Notes: a model not told the origin generated them from the letters alone. A stretch of DNA of 64,000 nt from Acidimicrobiia bacterium (GCA_041576165.1 JBFGLM010000011.1:1-64000), one strand, 5' to 3'; positions 50,408 through 60,940 are shown, numbered from the stretch's first letter. Numbers and translations: made by a program.

Positions 50408-51793
50408 ATGGCTGCGTACATCTCACATACCAGACGGGTGGCGCAAGAGACTCCACCAGAGCGCAACCGTGTCGTCGATTTCTGGCGAGCCGTCGCGATC
50501 TGTGTGGTCGTGTTAGGCCACTGGCTCGCAGCTTCCATCTGGCTGCAACCTGACGGTGAGATCGCGCTCCTGAACTCGCTGCAATGGATTCCCTACGCGG
50601 CGTGGGTCACGTGGCTCGTGCAGGTCATGCCGATCTTCTTCATCGCAGGCGGTTATGCCAACGCCCGCGGCCTGCGCCACGTGGAGCGCGGCGAACAGCT
50701 GCGGCGAGACTGGATCACCGCCCGAGCGCGTCGATTGTTCACGCCGGTGGTCCCGCTGCTGGTGGTATGGGTGGGGCTGATCCTTGCGCTTCGCCCGTTC
50801 GTGCCCAGTGAGGTGGTGTACGCAGGCGCAATGTCGGCCACGGTCCCACTGTGGTTCCTGGCGGTTTACATGACCTTGACTGCACTGGCGCCGATCACCC
50901 ACGCGTGGTGGCGTCGGTCGGGCCTGACCAGCGCTGCGGCTCTGCTGATTGCGGCGATTGGGATTGACGTCTTGCGCTTCATCGTCGAGGTGCCCGGCAT
51001 TGGATGGGTCAACTTCATCTTCGTGTGGGCAGCGGTTCATCAGCTTGGGTATTGGTGGTCGCGCCGCGACCGGACGGGGGGCTTCCCCGCCGGGCACGGC
51101 CGGCTGGTGGCCATCACTGCGCTGGGCGTTCTGATCGCGGTCACGTGGATGGGGCTGTATCCGGTGGCCATGGTGGGCGTCCCAGGTGCGGGACTGACGA
51201 ACATGACACCACCCACGGCGGCCATGTTTCTCTTGGGCTTGGCCCAAGCCGGAATCATCTGGGGAACCCAGCCCGCCATCTCGAAGTTCGTCTCACGGGC
51301 CGCCCGCTGGCAGGTGATCGTTGCCATCTCCGGAGTGATCATGACGCTGTACCTGTGGCACCTCACAGCGATGTCGCTCGTGGCAGCTGTGTTCTTGCAC
51401 GTGGCCGGCGGCGCAGTGTTCAAAGTGGAACCGGGCACGACGCTGTGGTGGGTTACCCGCCCACTCTGGGTTGGTGCGCTGGCAAGCGTTGCGTTGGGGC
51501 TCGTCACGCTCTTCGCCCGCTTCGAGTGGCGTGTGTCCCGTGCCACCGCCCCGACTAGCCGACGAACGGTGCTGATAGGCGTGTTGCTCTCGGCTGGCTC
51601 GGCGGCGGCCGTCGCCAACTTCGGGATTGTGACACCGGACGCCGTCATCAACTGGAGTATCCCGATCGCCGCCGTCCTCGGAGCGTGGCTGCTAGGGGCC
51701 CTCCCCGGTTTCGGAGATGGACGCCGCAAACTCGATGACCCGTCCCCTGCGTCACGGAGATCTGACCGCCCGAACGCCCGGGAGCGGCCTTGA
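50408..51793 (+). CDS. Acyltransferase_3 family membrane protein
   Basis: RNRVVDFWRAVAI..GHW, QVMPIFFIAGG, PLWFL, LYLWH. Confidence 0.9.
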   Translation: MAAYISHTRRVAQETPPERNRVVDFWRAVAICVVVLGHWLAASIWLQPDGEIALLNSLQWIPYAAWVTWLVQVMPIFFIAGGYANARGLRHVERGEQLRRDWITARARRLFTPVVPLLVVWVGLILALRPFVPSEVVYAGAMSATVPLWFLAVYMTLTALAPITHAWWRRSGLTSAAALLIAAIGIDVLRFIVEVPGIGWVNFIFVWAAVHQLGYWWSRRDRTGGFPAGHGRLVAITALGVLIAVTWMGLYPVAMVGVPGAGLTNMTPPTAAMFLLGLAQAGIIWGTQPAISKFVSRAARWQVIVAISGVIMTLYLWHLTAMSLVAAVFLHVAGGAVFKVEPGTTLWWVTRPLWVGALASVALGLVTLFARFEWRVSRATAPTSRRTVLIGVLLSAGSAAAVANFGIVTPDAVINWSIPIAAVLGAWLLGALPGFGDGRRKLDDPSPASRRSDRPNARERP

Positions 51794-52046
51794 ATGGGTA
51801 TCAAGACCCACCTCCGGATCACCGAGCCGAATTCCCGGTCACTCGCACTAGATAGTCCAGGGGTACCTCCCAGTCGTCGGACCCCCGTCAGCGGGAACTT
51901 CGCTGCGGTGGTTGCGAGCATCGGACGGATGACGCCACCTCGAATGCCAATTCGTTGTCCGTTCTAGCGTTGGGCCATTGGACCCTGTCCGACCCGTGAA
52001 CGTCGTCAGACGATGAGTCCATTCTCGAGATGAGGAGGCCATCGAG

Positions 52047-52496
52047 GTGGCTGAGATCCAGAAATCCCCTGACCGTACTGCTCGGGAGTGGTACCCGTTC
52101 ACCGATTTCGACCTGCTGCGGCAGCAGTTCGAAGACATCGCTCGATTGCCTTCACCTTGGTTTCGCTGGCCACACGTCGAATTTGTGCCCTTGGCCGACA
52201 TCGAGGAGACAGACGAGGCATGGGTCGTCGAGGTTGAGCTGCCGGGCGTCTCTAAGAAGGACATCGAGGTCGAGGTCCACGGTCGAACGGTGGTGATCGC
52301 CGGAGAGCGGAAGGAAAAGGAGCGTACCGGCGTCGTTCGGCAGAAGCGTCGCGTCACAGGGTCGTTCCGCTATGAGGTCACCCTGCCGGGCGACTTTGAC
52401 GACGCGGCAGTGGAGGCCTCGCTGGCAAACGGGGAGCTGACACTGCGGCTTCCGAAGTCAGAGGCGGATCAACCGCACAAGATCAAGGTCAGCTGA
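52047..52496 (+). CDS. Hsp20/alpha-crystallin small heat-shock protein
   Basis: PLADIEET..ELPGV, ASLANGELTLRLPK. Confidence 0.93.
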   Translation: MAEIQKSPDRTAREWYPFTDFDLLRQQFEDIARLPSPWFRWPHVEFVPLADIEETDEAWVVEVELPGVSKKDIEVEVHGRTVVIAGERKEKERTGVVRQKRRVTGSFRYEVTLPGDFDDAAVEASLANGELTLRLPKSEADQPHKIKVS

Positions 52497-52630
52497 CCAC
52501 CGACGCAGCAGCAGGCGCATCACTCCCCGCCGTCGTCGTCATCGCAGAGCGTGGATATGTCGCATTGGCACCCGGGAGGCAGGTCCCCAGAACCGGCCTC
52601 GACCGTGCTCCCCTGCCACACGATCTCGCA

Positions 52631-52666
52631 GGCGCCCGGCCGGCACCCCCCGGCCGGCCGGGCGCC
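52631..52666. terminator. 14-bp GC hairpin between convergent hsp20 and dodecin
   Basis: GGCGCCCGGCCGGC/GCCGGCCGGGCGCC. Confidence 0.6.
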
Positions 52667-52680
52667 GCGTTCTGTGCGTT

Positions 52681-52884
52681 TCAGTCGAGGACGAAGGTGA
52701 CCAACAGATTCACCTGGTATTCCACAATCTGACCGTCCTCGACCTTGACCTGTTGCTCCTTTACCCACGCCGATGCCACCTGGCGCAGCGTGCTCGTCGC
52801 CCGCTCCACACCAATTCGGATCGCATCTTCGAAGTTCTTGGAGGACCGAGCCGAAATCTCGGTCACTCGTGCTACATCGCCCAT
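52681..52884 (-). CDS. Dodecin (flavin-binding) family protein
   Basis: VTEISARS..FEDAI..TLR..AWVKEQ..YQVNLLVTFVLD; GGAGG RBS. Confidence 0.92.
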   Translation of the reverse strand: MGDVARVTEISARSSKNFEDAIRIGVERATSTLRQVASAWVKEQQVKVEDGQIVEYQVNLLVTFVLD

Positions 52885-52969
52885 GGGGCACCTCCCAGTT
52901 GTTGGACCCGCCTATTCAACAGGACGGTCTCGCCCGTTGCCAGGGGCCGGCTTCTGGTTCGAGTCAGAT

Positions 52970-53612
52970 CTACTCGGCGCCCGTCTCGCTTGTTTGGTGT
53001 TCGGCCTGATCCAGCCAGTCGGACCGAATGTCCACCCCCCAACCCGGGCCGTCGGGGATTCGCACGTGGCCGTCCTCCACGACCAGCACCGGTTCATACA
53101 CGCCGTACTGCCAGGGGTAGTAGTCCGGTCCTTCAATCGACCACTCCACATAACCTCCACCGTTCGGCACGGCCCCCATCAGATGAAGCGTGAACACGGT
53201 CACCAACGACAGGTTTGCCGAGTGGGGCATTACCGGCACCCCCACGGCTCCAGCCATCGCTGCGACCCGTCGCGCCCGCTCCACACCGCCGACGTAGAGC
53301 ACATCCGGTTGCGCGACATCGAATGTGCGTCCGGCAATCAGCCGGCGCCATGTAGCCAAGTCCCAGTCCTGTTCTCCGCCGGTGACGAGGATGTCGAGGT
53401 CGTGGAGCGCGGCCCGCACGCCGCGCAGTTTGTTCGTACTCCCAATACGGGCACGGCTCTTCGAAGTGGGCGACGCGATGGAACACCCGGGCAGCAATGT
53501 CCGCGTGGTAGGGCGATATCTGCCCCCAACCTTGTTGCCCGCCGTCATCCGTGAGACGAACCAACGCCAGATCGGCCGTGGCGAACGTCTCGAGACGGGT
53601 GATGATGCTCAT
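52970..53612 (-). pseudogene. Mandelate racemase/muconate lactonizing enzyme with large internal deletion and frameshift
   Basis: N-terminus GWGQISPYHADI..HRVA fused directly to HFEEPCPYWE; then shifts frame to GGEQD..QPD..PHSAN..PGWGV. Confidence 0.8.
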
Positions 53613-53670
53613 CGGAACGACTCGTCCATCCGTGCGGTAGCCGGGAGATTCGCGAATGCGCGGCCGGCAA

Positions 53671-55452
53671 TCATCGCTGGGGGCGAGCCAGCACCACAAC
53701 CGTGTACGGAGCCAACCCGATCATCGCTCGGGCCGGCATCGAATCGCGAGGTATCGGGACGGCGTCGACCGTCGGCGAGCCGCTGCCCTCGAACGACGGG
53801 TGGTATACCGGAGCATCGCTGTCGAACACAACCCTCCACTCGCCCGCCTGGGGAAAACCCAACTCATACGCGGGATAGCGTCGATCGGCAAAGTTCGCAA
53901 CCACCACCACGCCATCGTCGTCAGACCAGCGCCAGTACCCGATCACCTTGTCAACGTCGTTGATGTGATGGACGTGCACATACTGACCCAGCAGCCCGGA
54001 CGAGACGCCGTGCAGATTCCGCCGGAGCGCGATCAGGTCCCGATACATGCGGACGACACCCGACTGCGTATCGATCCGGCTCCAATCGACCGGATCGTCA
54101 TCTCGGAACCAGCGGTCCTCCAGGAGCTCCTGTCCCTGGAAGATCATTGGAACGCCGGGAGTGGTGAAGACCAGCGCTGCTCCCAGCGTCGAACGCTTCA
54201 CTGCGTACCAGCTGTCAGCCCGACCCGGCCAGATCTCTTCCGGCAATCGAGCCCGACCGTTGGCGACTTCATCGTGTGACTCGGTGTAGACGACCCGTCG
54301 AAAAGCATCGTCGCCCAATCGATGTTCGATGGCGCCGGCTACGGCCCACATGTCTCGGTGGGCATCGTCGGTTGCAACCAGCGCAGACCGGACCGGATGC
54401 ACGAATTGCTCATCCCACTGCGCGTCAAACCCTGCCCCGCCGTGCGCCGTCGGCTCGGTAATCGATGGATGACCGCGAAGATCCTCGGCAATGGAGATTT
54501 TCCACGGCTGGCGTCTGTTGATCTCGTCGTTGATCCACCGCATGAGGCCCCACCCGTCACCCAATTCAGCTGCCGGATCCCAGCCACCCCATACGTTCCG
54601 GATGTATGCGGTGGCATCCCATCTCAGCCCATCGATCCGGTAGTCCTCCAACCACATCAGCGCGTTGTCCCGCAGGTAGCTGCGGACCTCGGGCCGCCCG
54701 TAGTCCGGGCGGGTGTCACCCCAGGGTGTGCGGCGCCGCCAGTCGTTGTAGAAGTAGATCCCGCCACTGTCGTTTTCATACCAGCCGTCGAAACGCCACA
54801 GGTCGAGATCCGAAGGGCCCAAGTGGTTGTAGACCACATCCAGGATCACGGCGATGCCGGCTTCGTGGCAGGCTCGGATGAACTCCTTGAACGCATCCGG
54901 CCCGCCGTAATCGCTCTCGATCGCGAACGGATGGGCAGGGTTGTAGCCCCATGACCGCTCCCCGGGAAACTCCATAGGCGGCATCAGCTCCACCACATTG
55001 ATGCCCAGGCTCTGCAAGTGTCCCAACCGTCCGATCGCCGACCCGAAGTCACCTGGTTGGTCCCCCGGCGGATCGGTGAACGTTCCGAGGTGGAGCTCGT
55101 AGATCACCATCTCATTCCAGGGCGGGGTTCGGTAGTCGTCCGGGGTCAGCCAGTCGTAGCCTTCCCGGGCGTACACGACCGCGTTGCCGACGCTGCTGGT
55201 CAGCTGCCGGGCATATGGATCCACCCGATAGAGGGCCTCCCCCGCCTGGATTATGAACTTGTATTCGTCACCGGTGGCGGCACCCTTCACCCAGCCCGCC
55301 CAGTAGCCGTCGCCCTCATGCTCTAGCGGATCGGCTTCCACTGCCCAGCCGTTGAATGATCCCACGACTGCGACGCCGGATGCGTTCGGAGCCCAAACCC
55401 GGAACGTCACCCCCCGTTCGTCGGGAATCGCACCCATCCCTGGTTTCCTCAT
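53671..55452 (-). CDS. GH13 alpha-amylase family enzyme with CBM48 (branching enzyme/TreZ-like)
   Basis: FRVWAPNA, IYELHLG, SWGYNP, DVVYNH, GLRWDAT, IAED, ESHDE. Confidence 0.9.
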   Translation of the reverse strand: MRKPGMGAIPDERGVTFRVWAPNASGVAVVGSFNGWAVEADPLEHEGDGYWAGWVKGAATGDEYKFIIQAGEALYRVDPYARQLTSSVGNAVVYAREGYDWLTPDDYRTPPWNEMVIYELHLGTFTDPPGDQPGDFGSAIGRLGHLQSLGINVVELMPPMEFPGERSWGYNPAHPFAIESDYGGPDAFKEFIRACHEAGIAVILDVVYNHLGPSDLDLWRFDGWYENDSGGIYFYNDWRRRTPWGDTRPDYGRPEVRSYLRDNALMWLEDYRIDGLRWDATAYIRNVWGGWDPAAELGDGWGLMRWINDEINRRQPWKISIAEDLRGHPSITEPTAHGGAGFDAQWDEQFVHPVRSALVATDDAHRDMWAVAGAIEHRLGDDAFRRVVYTESHDEVANGRARLPEEIWPGRADSWYAVKRSTLGAALVFTTPGVPMIFQGQELLEDRWFRDDDPVDWSRIDTQSGVVRMYRDLIALRRNLHGVSSGLLGQYVHVHHINDVDKVIGYWRWSDDDGVVVVANFADRRYPAYELGFPQAGEWRVVFDSDAPVYHPSFEGSGSPTVDAVPIPRDSMPARAMIGLAPYTVVVLARPQR

Positions 55453-55656
55453 GTCGACTCCGTCCCTGGAAGTTCATTGTCGGCTGCACCGGGCCGTGAG
55501 TTTCGTCTGCTGATCGGGAGGTGAACCCTATCTCCGGCAGTGCCGGCACCGGGGCGTGGCAGCGCTTCCTCGCGATCCTATCCCCTCCCAAATGGCCGCC
55601 AAGTCGGCTCCTGATCGACTCCAAGCGGGCCTACGACGATCTGGGTATCCGAGCGT

Positions 55657-55672
55657 GAGAGAGAGAGAGAGA
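55657..55672 (+). repeat. (GA)8 dinucleotide tract fused to the RBS
   Basis: GAGAGAGAGAGAGAGA followed by GGATAACT-ATG(55681). Confidence 0.9.
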
Positions 55673-55680
55673 GGATAACT

Positions 55681-56469
55681 ATGGTGGACCAACTCACCCA
55701 CGGTGCCCCATTCGCCCATGAGGAGGCGGCAGGGGCACCCGCTGATGCCGTTTCCGCCACGTCTCTCACGCGCGTCTTCGGCGCGGGCCCCACCGAGGTC
55801 AGGGCGCTGGATGACGTCACGCTTGCGTTCCCGTCCGGCGAGCTCACCGCCATCATGGGCCCGTCCGGTTCGGGTAAATCAACCCTCCTGCACACGCTCG
55901 GAGGGCTCGATCGGCCCGACTCCGGCGCCGTCCACATCGGCGATACCGAAATCACTGCCCTGCGTGATCGCGAGCTGACCCGCCTGCGTCGGATCGCGAT
56001 CGGCTTCGTATTCCAGGAGTTCAACCTCATTCCGTCGCTGAGCGCGGTGGACAACATCACCCTGCCGCTCCGGCTGGCGGGCGACCGGGCGGACCCGACG
56101 TGGCTGGGCGAGGTGGTCGGAATCGTCGGCCTCGAAGATCGTCTGGCGCATCGTCCCCATGAGCTATCCGGCGGCCAGCAACAGCGCGTCGCCGTGGCGC
56201 GGGCGCTCATCACGCGACCGACGGTGATTCTCGCCGATGAGCCGACCGGCAACCTCGACTCGAACTCGAGCATTGAAGTGATGACCTACTTGCAAAGGTC
56301 TGTCCGTAATCACGGACAGACCGTGGTCATGGTCACCCACGATCCCCAGACCGCGGCATACGCCGACCGGGTTGTGTTCCTGGCAGACGGCCGCACTGCC
56401 GGCGAGCTGATCGCTCCTACCGTCCCGGCGGTTCTCGAACGGATGGGAGCATTGGGGGCGATCCGATGA
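55681..56469 (+). CDS. ABC transporter ATP-binding protein (LolD/MacB-like)
   Basis: [34 protein letters not shown]. Confidence 0.95.
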   Translation: MVDQLTHGAPFAHEEAAGAPADAVSATSLTRVFGAGPTEVRALDDVTLAFPSGELTAIMGPSGSGKSTLLHTLGGLDRPDSGAVHIGDTEITALRDRELTRLRRIAIGFVFQEFNLIPSLSAVDNITLPLRLAGDRADPTWLGEVVGIVGLEDRLAHRPHELSGGQQQRVAVARALITRPTVILADEPTGNLDSNSSIEVMTYLQRSVRNHGQTVVMVTHDPQTAAYADRVVFLADGRTAGELIAPTVPAVLERMGALGAIR

Positions 56470-58985
56470 TCTCCCTCACGTGGCAGCGAATCAGTTCCAG
56501 TCCGTCGCGGCTCATACTCAGCGTGCTCGCGGTCATCATCGGAACGTCGTTCTTGACGGCAGCGTTGGTGGTGACGGCGTCAACCCGCGCGGCGCTCGAG
56601 GATGCGTTCGATCAGGTATACGCCGGGACCGACGTGATCGTGCAGGGTCCGGAAGGCGTGGGCGAGCCAACTCGTAGCCTCGGGCCGATCCTGCCGGTGG
56701 AGGTGCTCGACGATGTTCGGGCCGTGGCCGGTGTCGCGGTGGCGGAGGGACGCCGCCGCGACCTTGCCCAGGTCAGCGCCGCCGGCACCGCCGCCGACAC
56801 GGGCGCCAGGGCCGTGGCGATGGATGTGCCGGCCGACCCTGGTGCTGCCGCCATCGAACAGCGTGCGGGACGGCTGCCGGCCGCCCCGCACGAGGTGGCC
56901 CTGGACGCGGCAACCGCCGACAGCCTGGGACTGACGCTCGACGATGCGCTCGTGATCCTGATCCCCGCCGGTCGGTATGAGGCCCGCCTTGTGGGAACGG
57001 TCGGTTTCGGATCGCTCGACGGGCTCTCCGAAGGAGGCCGGGTGCTGCTCGATGCAGGCTCCGCCGCAGACCTGCTGGGATCTTCTGGATTCGCCGAGAT
57101 CGCGATCACCGCGGAGCCCGGAACATCGCGCGGGGACCTGCGCACGTCGATAGCTGCCGTGCTTCCGGACACACAGGTGCTCACGTCCGAGGAAGCCGCC
57201 GCCCGAGACGCGGCCGCTGTTGCGACTGAGACGGCAATCGTCAGCCGTATTCTGCTGGCGGTGGCCGGGCTTGCCCTGTTCGTTGGCGGCTTCCTGGTAG
57301 CCAACACCTTCCGCATCATCGCCCGCCAGCGCACCCGCGAGTTGGCACTGCTGCGGTCGGTCGGGGCCAGCCGGCGTCAGGTCACCGCCACAATTCTGCT
57401 GGAAGCCGCCGTCATGGGTGCGCTCGGCGGCCTGATCGGCGTGGCTTTTGGCGCAGGTATCGGTGCGCTGCTCGTCGCCGGGACCGGGATTTTGGTTCCC
57501 GGGTTGCCTCCGACGGGGCCCCGGTTCACGGTGGGTGCACTTGCCATCGGTCCTGCGGTCAGCGTCGTGCTCACCCTCTTCGCCGCCCGCGGGGCGGCCC
57601 GGCACGCTTCTTCGGTTCCGCCGGTTGCCGCGCTCCGGGCTTCGGCGGTGGCGGCTGATCGCCTCCGGCGGCTGCCGGCGGTAGTCGGTCTCCTGCTGAT
57701 TGTGCTGGGAGCGGCCGTCGTCGTCATGGGCGGCGGATACGGATTGTTGATCACCGCCGGTGGCGCGGTCGTGGCGCTACTGGGGATTGGCTTGGTGTTT
57801 CCCGTGGTCAGCGGCGCCGTGCTGTCCGTGATGAGCCGACCCCTGGAGCGGCTCGGCGTCACCGCCGCCATCGCCCGGGGTCAAGCGCTGACCGAGCCTC
57901 GGCGAACCGGTTCGACGGCGGCTGCGCTGGCCGTGTCGCTCGCACTGTTCGCGTTCCTGGCGACGTTCGCGGCGTCGTTGGGAGCGGCGTCGCCCGCCCA
58001 GGTCGCAGACCGTCAACCCGCCGAGATCACGATTCGCTCGGAGATGCCGTGGGGCCTGGACGGGTACCTCAGTGACCTGGCCGCTCGCGCCGAAACGGTC
58101 GATGAGGTCGCGATCGCCCGTGACGTCGCCTACGGTGACCTACGAGTCGAGACCGGAACCGGCGCTCCCGTCACAGCGGCTTTCTACGCCGCCGACCCGG
58201 CCGGTTTGGGTGAGCTCCTCGACGTGGTCGACCGCGCCGGGGCGGTCGAAGGCCTCGCTGCGACCCAAATCGGGGTACGCGACACCTTCGCCGGCGCCTA
58301 CGGATGGCAAGTCGGCGACACGATCGAAATCACGTTGCCCGATAGTGCCGTGATGCGGTTGACGATCGGCGCCGTGTTCAGCGGCGCTATCCAAACGAAT
58401 TGGATCTTGCCGGCGGATGCCACGGCTGGTCACCTGGGTAATGCGGGGCGGCAGGTGTTTGTGCGGCTTGTCGACGGTGCGGACCTGGCTGCAGCCGACG
58501 CAGCCCTAGAGGAGCTCGGAGCGGAATATCCGCCGGTCGAAGTACTCACCCACGAGGAGCTGGCGACCCAGCAGGTCGAAGCCGAGGAGGCCAGTCTCGG
58601 CATCCTCACTGCGCTGCTCTCGCTCTCGGTGCTCATCGGTGTGCTCGGGATCGTGAACACGCTCGCACTAGGGGTGGTCGAACGCCAGCGCGAGCTGGCT
58701 CTGCTGCGCGCAGTGGGCGCCACCCGCTCCCAAGTGCGGGCCATCGTTCGCTGGGAGGCAGTGCTGGTGGCGCTGCTCGGTGGCTCACTCGGCCTTGTCG
58801 TAGGGGTCGGGACGGCCTGGCTGGCGACCTATGCATTCACCGAGTTCCCCCTCCCATTCATATTGCCGGTGCCCCGCCTGGCCCTGGCCCTCGTCGTAAC
58901 GATCTTCCTGGGCGTCCTGGCCGCCGTCTTACCGGCCGCCCGCGCCGCGCGGGTCGACGTCCTGCGCTCCATCGCTCACGTGTAA
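56466..58985 (+). CDS. FtsX-like ABC permease (duplicated)
   Basis: QRTRELALLRSVGA and ERQRELALLRAVGAT. Confidence 0.92.
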   Translation: MISLTWQRISSSPSRLILSVLAVIIGTSFLTAALVVTASTRAALEDAFDQVYAGTDVIVQGPEGVGEPTRSLGPILPVEVLDDVRAVAGVAVAEGRRRDLAQVSAAGTAADTGARAVAMDVPADPGAAAIEQRAGRLPAAPHEVALDAATADSLGLTLDDALVILIPAGRYEARLVGTVGFGSLDGLSEGGRVLLDAGSAADLLGSSGFAEIAITAEPGTSRGDLRTSIAAVLPDTQVLTSEEAAARDAAAVATETAIVSRILLAVAGLALFVGGFLVANTFRIIARQRTRELALLRSVGASRRQVTATILLEAAVMGALGGLIGVAFGAGIGALLVAGTGILVPGLPPTGPRFTVGALAIGPAVSVVLTLFAARGAARHASSVPPVAALRASAVAADRLRRLPAVVGLLLIVLGAAVVVMGGGYGLLITAGGAVVALLGIGLVFPVVSGAVLSVMSRPLERLGVTAAIARGQALTEPRRTGSTAAALAVSLALFAFLATFAASLGAASPAQVADRQPAEITIRSEMPWGLDGYLSDLAARAETVDEVAIARDVAYGDLRVETGTGAPVTAAFYAADPAGLGELLDVVDRAGAVEGLAATQIGVRDTFAGAYGWQVGDTIEITLPDSAVMRLTIGAVFSGAIQTNWILPADATAGHLGNAGRQVFVRLVDGADLAAADAALEELGAEYPPVEVLTHEELATQQVEAEEASLGILTALLSLSVLIGVLGIVNTLALGVVERQRELALLRAVGATRSQVRAIVRWEAVLVALLGGSLGLVVGVGTAWLATYAFTEFPLPFILPVPRLALALVVTIFLGVLAAVLPAARAARVDVLRSIAHV

Positions 58986-59036
58986 GGGTCACCGGTCCAC
59001 CACCTGCCGCCATCACTCCCGGTGGACCGGTGACCC
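58986..59036 (+). terminator. 16-bp perfect hairpin immediately after the permease stop
   Basis: GGGTCACCGGTCCACC-N19-GGTGGACCGGTGACCC. Confidence 0.65.
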
Positions 59037-59172
59037 GGCCCCAACCCGGTGAGGGCCCTCCTCCGCGACGGCAGGACGGCGGAGCCCCCGTTGACTCGCC
59101 GGCCGGCATCCGGCATCGGCTAATCATGGGAAGGGTTTCGGTCGGGCCCATTTCGGGTATCGGAGCACCAGC

Positions 59173-59580
59173 ATGTCGGAGACGTACCAAGAACTGATCG
59201 ACGCCGCCCGCCAGGCGCGTGCCAACGCCTACGCGCCGTACTCCGGCTTTCGAACCGGCGCCGCCGTCCGTACGGAGGACGGGTCGATCCACATCGGAGC
59301 GCTCGTTGAGAATCTGGTGTTCGGAACAGCCATGTGCGCCGAGCGAGTCGCGCTGTTCAGCGCAGTGGCGGCTGGGACCGGCCGACCGGTTGCGCTCGCG
59401 CTCGTGGCCCCCGCCACGGCCGGCACCAGGACATTTCCGTGTGGACCCTGCCTTCAGGTCGCCATTGAGCTCGGTGGCGCGGATCTGCCGATCGTGGCGG
59501 GTTCAGCCGACAGCGTCGACTTCGAGGTCCGATCGGTCGATGAGCTGGCACCGGGCATCCCCCGCCGCAAGGACGGTTGA
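59173..59580 (+). CDS. cdd: Cytidine deaminase (homotetrameric type)
   Basis: AYAPYSGF..GAA, VEN, CAERVA, PCGPC. Confidence 0.88.
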   Translation: MSETYQELIDAARQARANAYAPYSGFRTGAAVRTEDGSIHIGALVENLVFGTAMCAERVALFSAVAAGTGRPVALALVAPATAGTRTFPCGPCLQVAIELGGADLPIVAGSADSVDFEVRSVDELAPGIPRRKDG

Positions 59581-59679
59581 TCGGCGCTCGAACGTGCCGA
59601 GCCGCATGCTCGGGCCGAGAGCCGGGCGGGCCGGACGCGACGAACCGGCGGTCCGCGACCACCGGTTCGTGTCTGGAGC

Positions 59680-60108
59680 TCAGATTGCGGCTGCTATAGC
59701 CAGCCCGAGGCACGTCACCGCTACCGCGGTGCGGACAAGATGCCCTCGATACCAGCGAACGCGCATTCGCTCCACGTCGACAACTCGGCCCGCCACCAGC
59801 CGGCGCTGGAGCGGCACCATCGTGGTGCCGCTGGCGAGAAGGATCAGTAGGAAGCCCCCGGCCGCAGTGAACGCCAGTGTGCGCGCCGCCCCCTCGGAGG
59901 CCAGTCCGAAACCGACCGTCGACACGACAGCGGCAGTCACCAGCAACGGTTGGAGGATGTCCGCCCGGCGAAGCCAGCGCGCGAAATCGGCCTGGAATTC
60001 AGGCCAGCTCATGGATCGCCAGACCGGGATGCGGATCAGCGCGAAGTATCCGACGTTGACGCTGAACAACCCGCCGGACGCCAGCATGGCTGCCGCCCAG
60101 CCGTTCAC
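59680..60108 (-). CDS. Membrane protein, DUF1772/anthrone-oxygenase-like
   Basis: 4 TM, PVWR, RWYRGHLVRT; GTGA overlap. Confidence 0.6.
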   Translation of the reverse strand: MNGWAAAMLASGGLFSVNVGYFALIRIPVWRSMSWPEFQADFARWLRRADILQPLLVTAAVVSTVGFGLASEGAARTLAFTAAGGFLLILLASGTTMVPLQRRLVAGRVVDVERMRVRWYRGHLVRTAVAVTCLGLAIAAAI

Positions 60109-60443
60109 CCGTGCCTCCCGGCCCCAGCCGGCGCATCCGCTTTCGGGGATTCGTCCGTTGTCACGACCTGGTAGAGCCCGGCGTGGAAGCGATAGGGAGA
60201 GGCCGCATCGCGGAACTTGGGCCGGCTGGTGGCGGCTCGAAAATCCTCGGGGGATTCCCACAGCGCCACGTTCACGAAACGAAACTCGGCATCGGGCGTG
60301 ATACTGCGGTGCAGCGTGGCGGACACATAGCCGGGCTGGGTGCGCAGGACATCCCGAGCGCGCTCCCAGCCGCGTATGAAGGCCCGGTCTTCGCCGACCG
60401 GAACCTCGAACGAGTTGATGAGAAGAACCGGTTCGGTCCTCAT
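60105..60443 (-). CDS. Antibiotic biosynthesis monooxygenase (ABM) family protein
   Basis: LINSFEVP, QPGYVSATLHRS, FVNVALWES; ATGA overlap with the MarR stop. Confidence 0.85.
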   Translation of the reverse strand: MRTEPVLLINSFEVPVGEDRAFIRGWERARDVLRTQPGYVSATLHRSITPDAEFRFVNVALWESPEDFRAATSRPKFRDAASPYRFHAGLYQVVTTDESPKADAPAGAGRHG

Positions 60444-60928
60444 CTCGATGAACTCCTTTCCGGAACTCGAGGTTCGACGTTGCCGTCGAGCCTGGTACAG
60501 AGCTCGTCGAGCACCCGAGCTGCCGTTTGCAGGTCCGAGAGCGTGAATCCGTCGGCCAGCTGGTTCACCCAGGCCGCCTGCTTCTGGTCCATGGCGTGGT
60601 ACTTGCCCTGGCCCAGCTCGGTCAGCCGGACGAGCCGGGATCGGCGGTGTTCGGTGTTGGCAGCGAGCGCCAGCCAACCGTCGGCGACCAGACGTCCGAC
60701 GGTGGCGTGGACGCTCTGTCGGGTGAGACCCATCCGGCGTGCGATTTGGGGAACGGTGAGGGGTCTCCCCGCGAGCGCTATTGCCCCGAGTACCTGCCAC
60801 CGGGCCGAAGTCAGGCCTTCGGTGCCGGCGAGCTCATCACCCGCAGCGAGCAGAAGTCCGTTCGCTCGAAACACAGAAAGAATCAACTCGGTGGCTTGCT
60901 CACCAGCGGGTGTGCGGAGACTCGACAT
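60440..60928 (-). CDS. MarR family regulator
   Basis: LTSARWQVLGAI, TVPQIARRMGLTRQSV, HRRSRLVRLT. Confidence 0.92.
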   Translation of the reverse strand: MSSLRTPAGEQATELILSVFRANGLLLAAGDELAGTEGLTSARWQVLGAIALAGRPLTVPQIARRMGLTRQSVHATVGRLVADGWLALAANTEHRRSRLVRLTELGQGKYHAMDQKQAAWVNQLADGFTLSDLQTAARVLDELCTRLDGNVEPRVPERSSSR

Positions 60929-60940
60929 TATGTGAGGATC

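Noticed and set aside
52520-52891. Cys-rich 123-aa ORF overlapping dodecin
   Set aside because: Alternative frame over a clear dodecin gene and its terminator hairpin.
60912-60940. Second dif/pdif site around TTATGTGAGGA
   Set aside because: No ATAA XerC arm 6 bp upstream; it lies in the MarR start and promoter.
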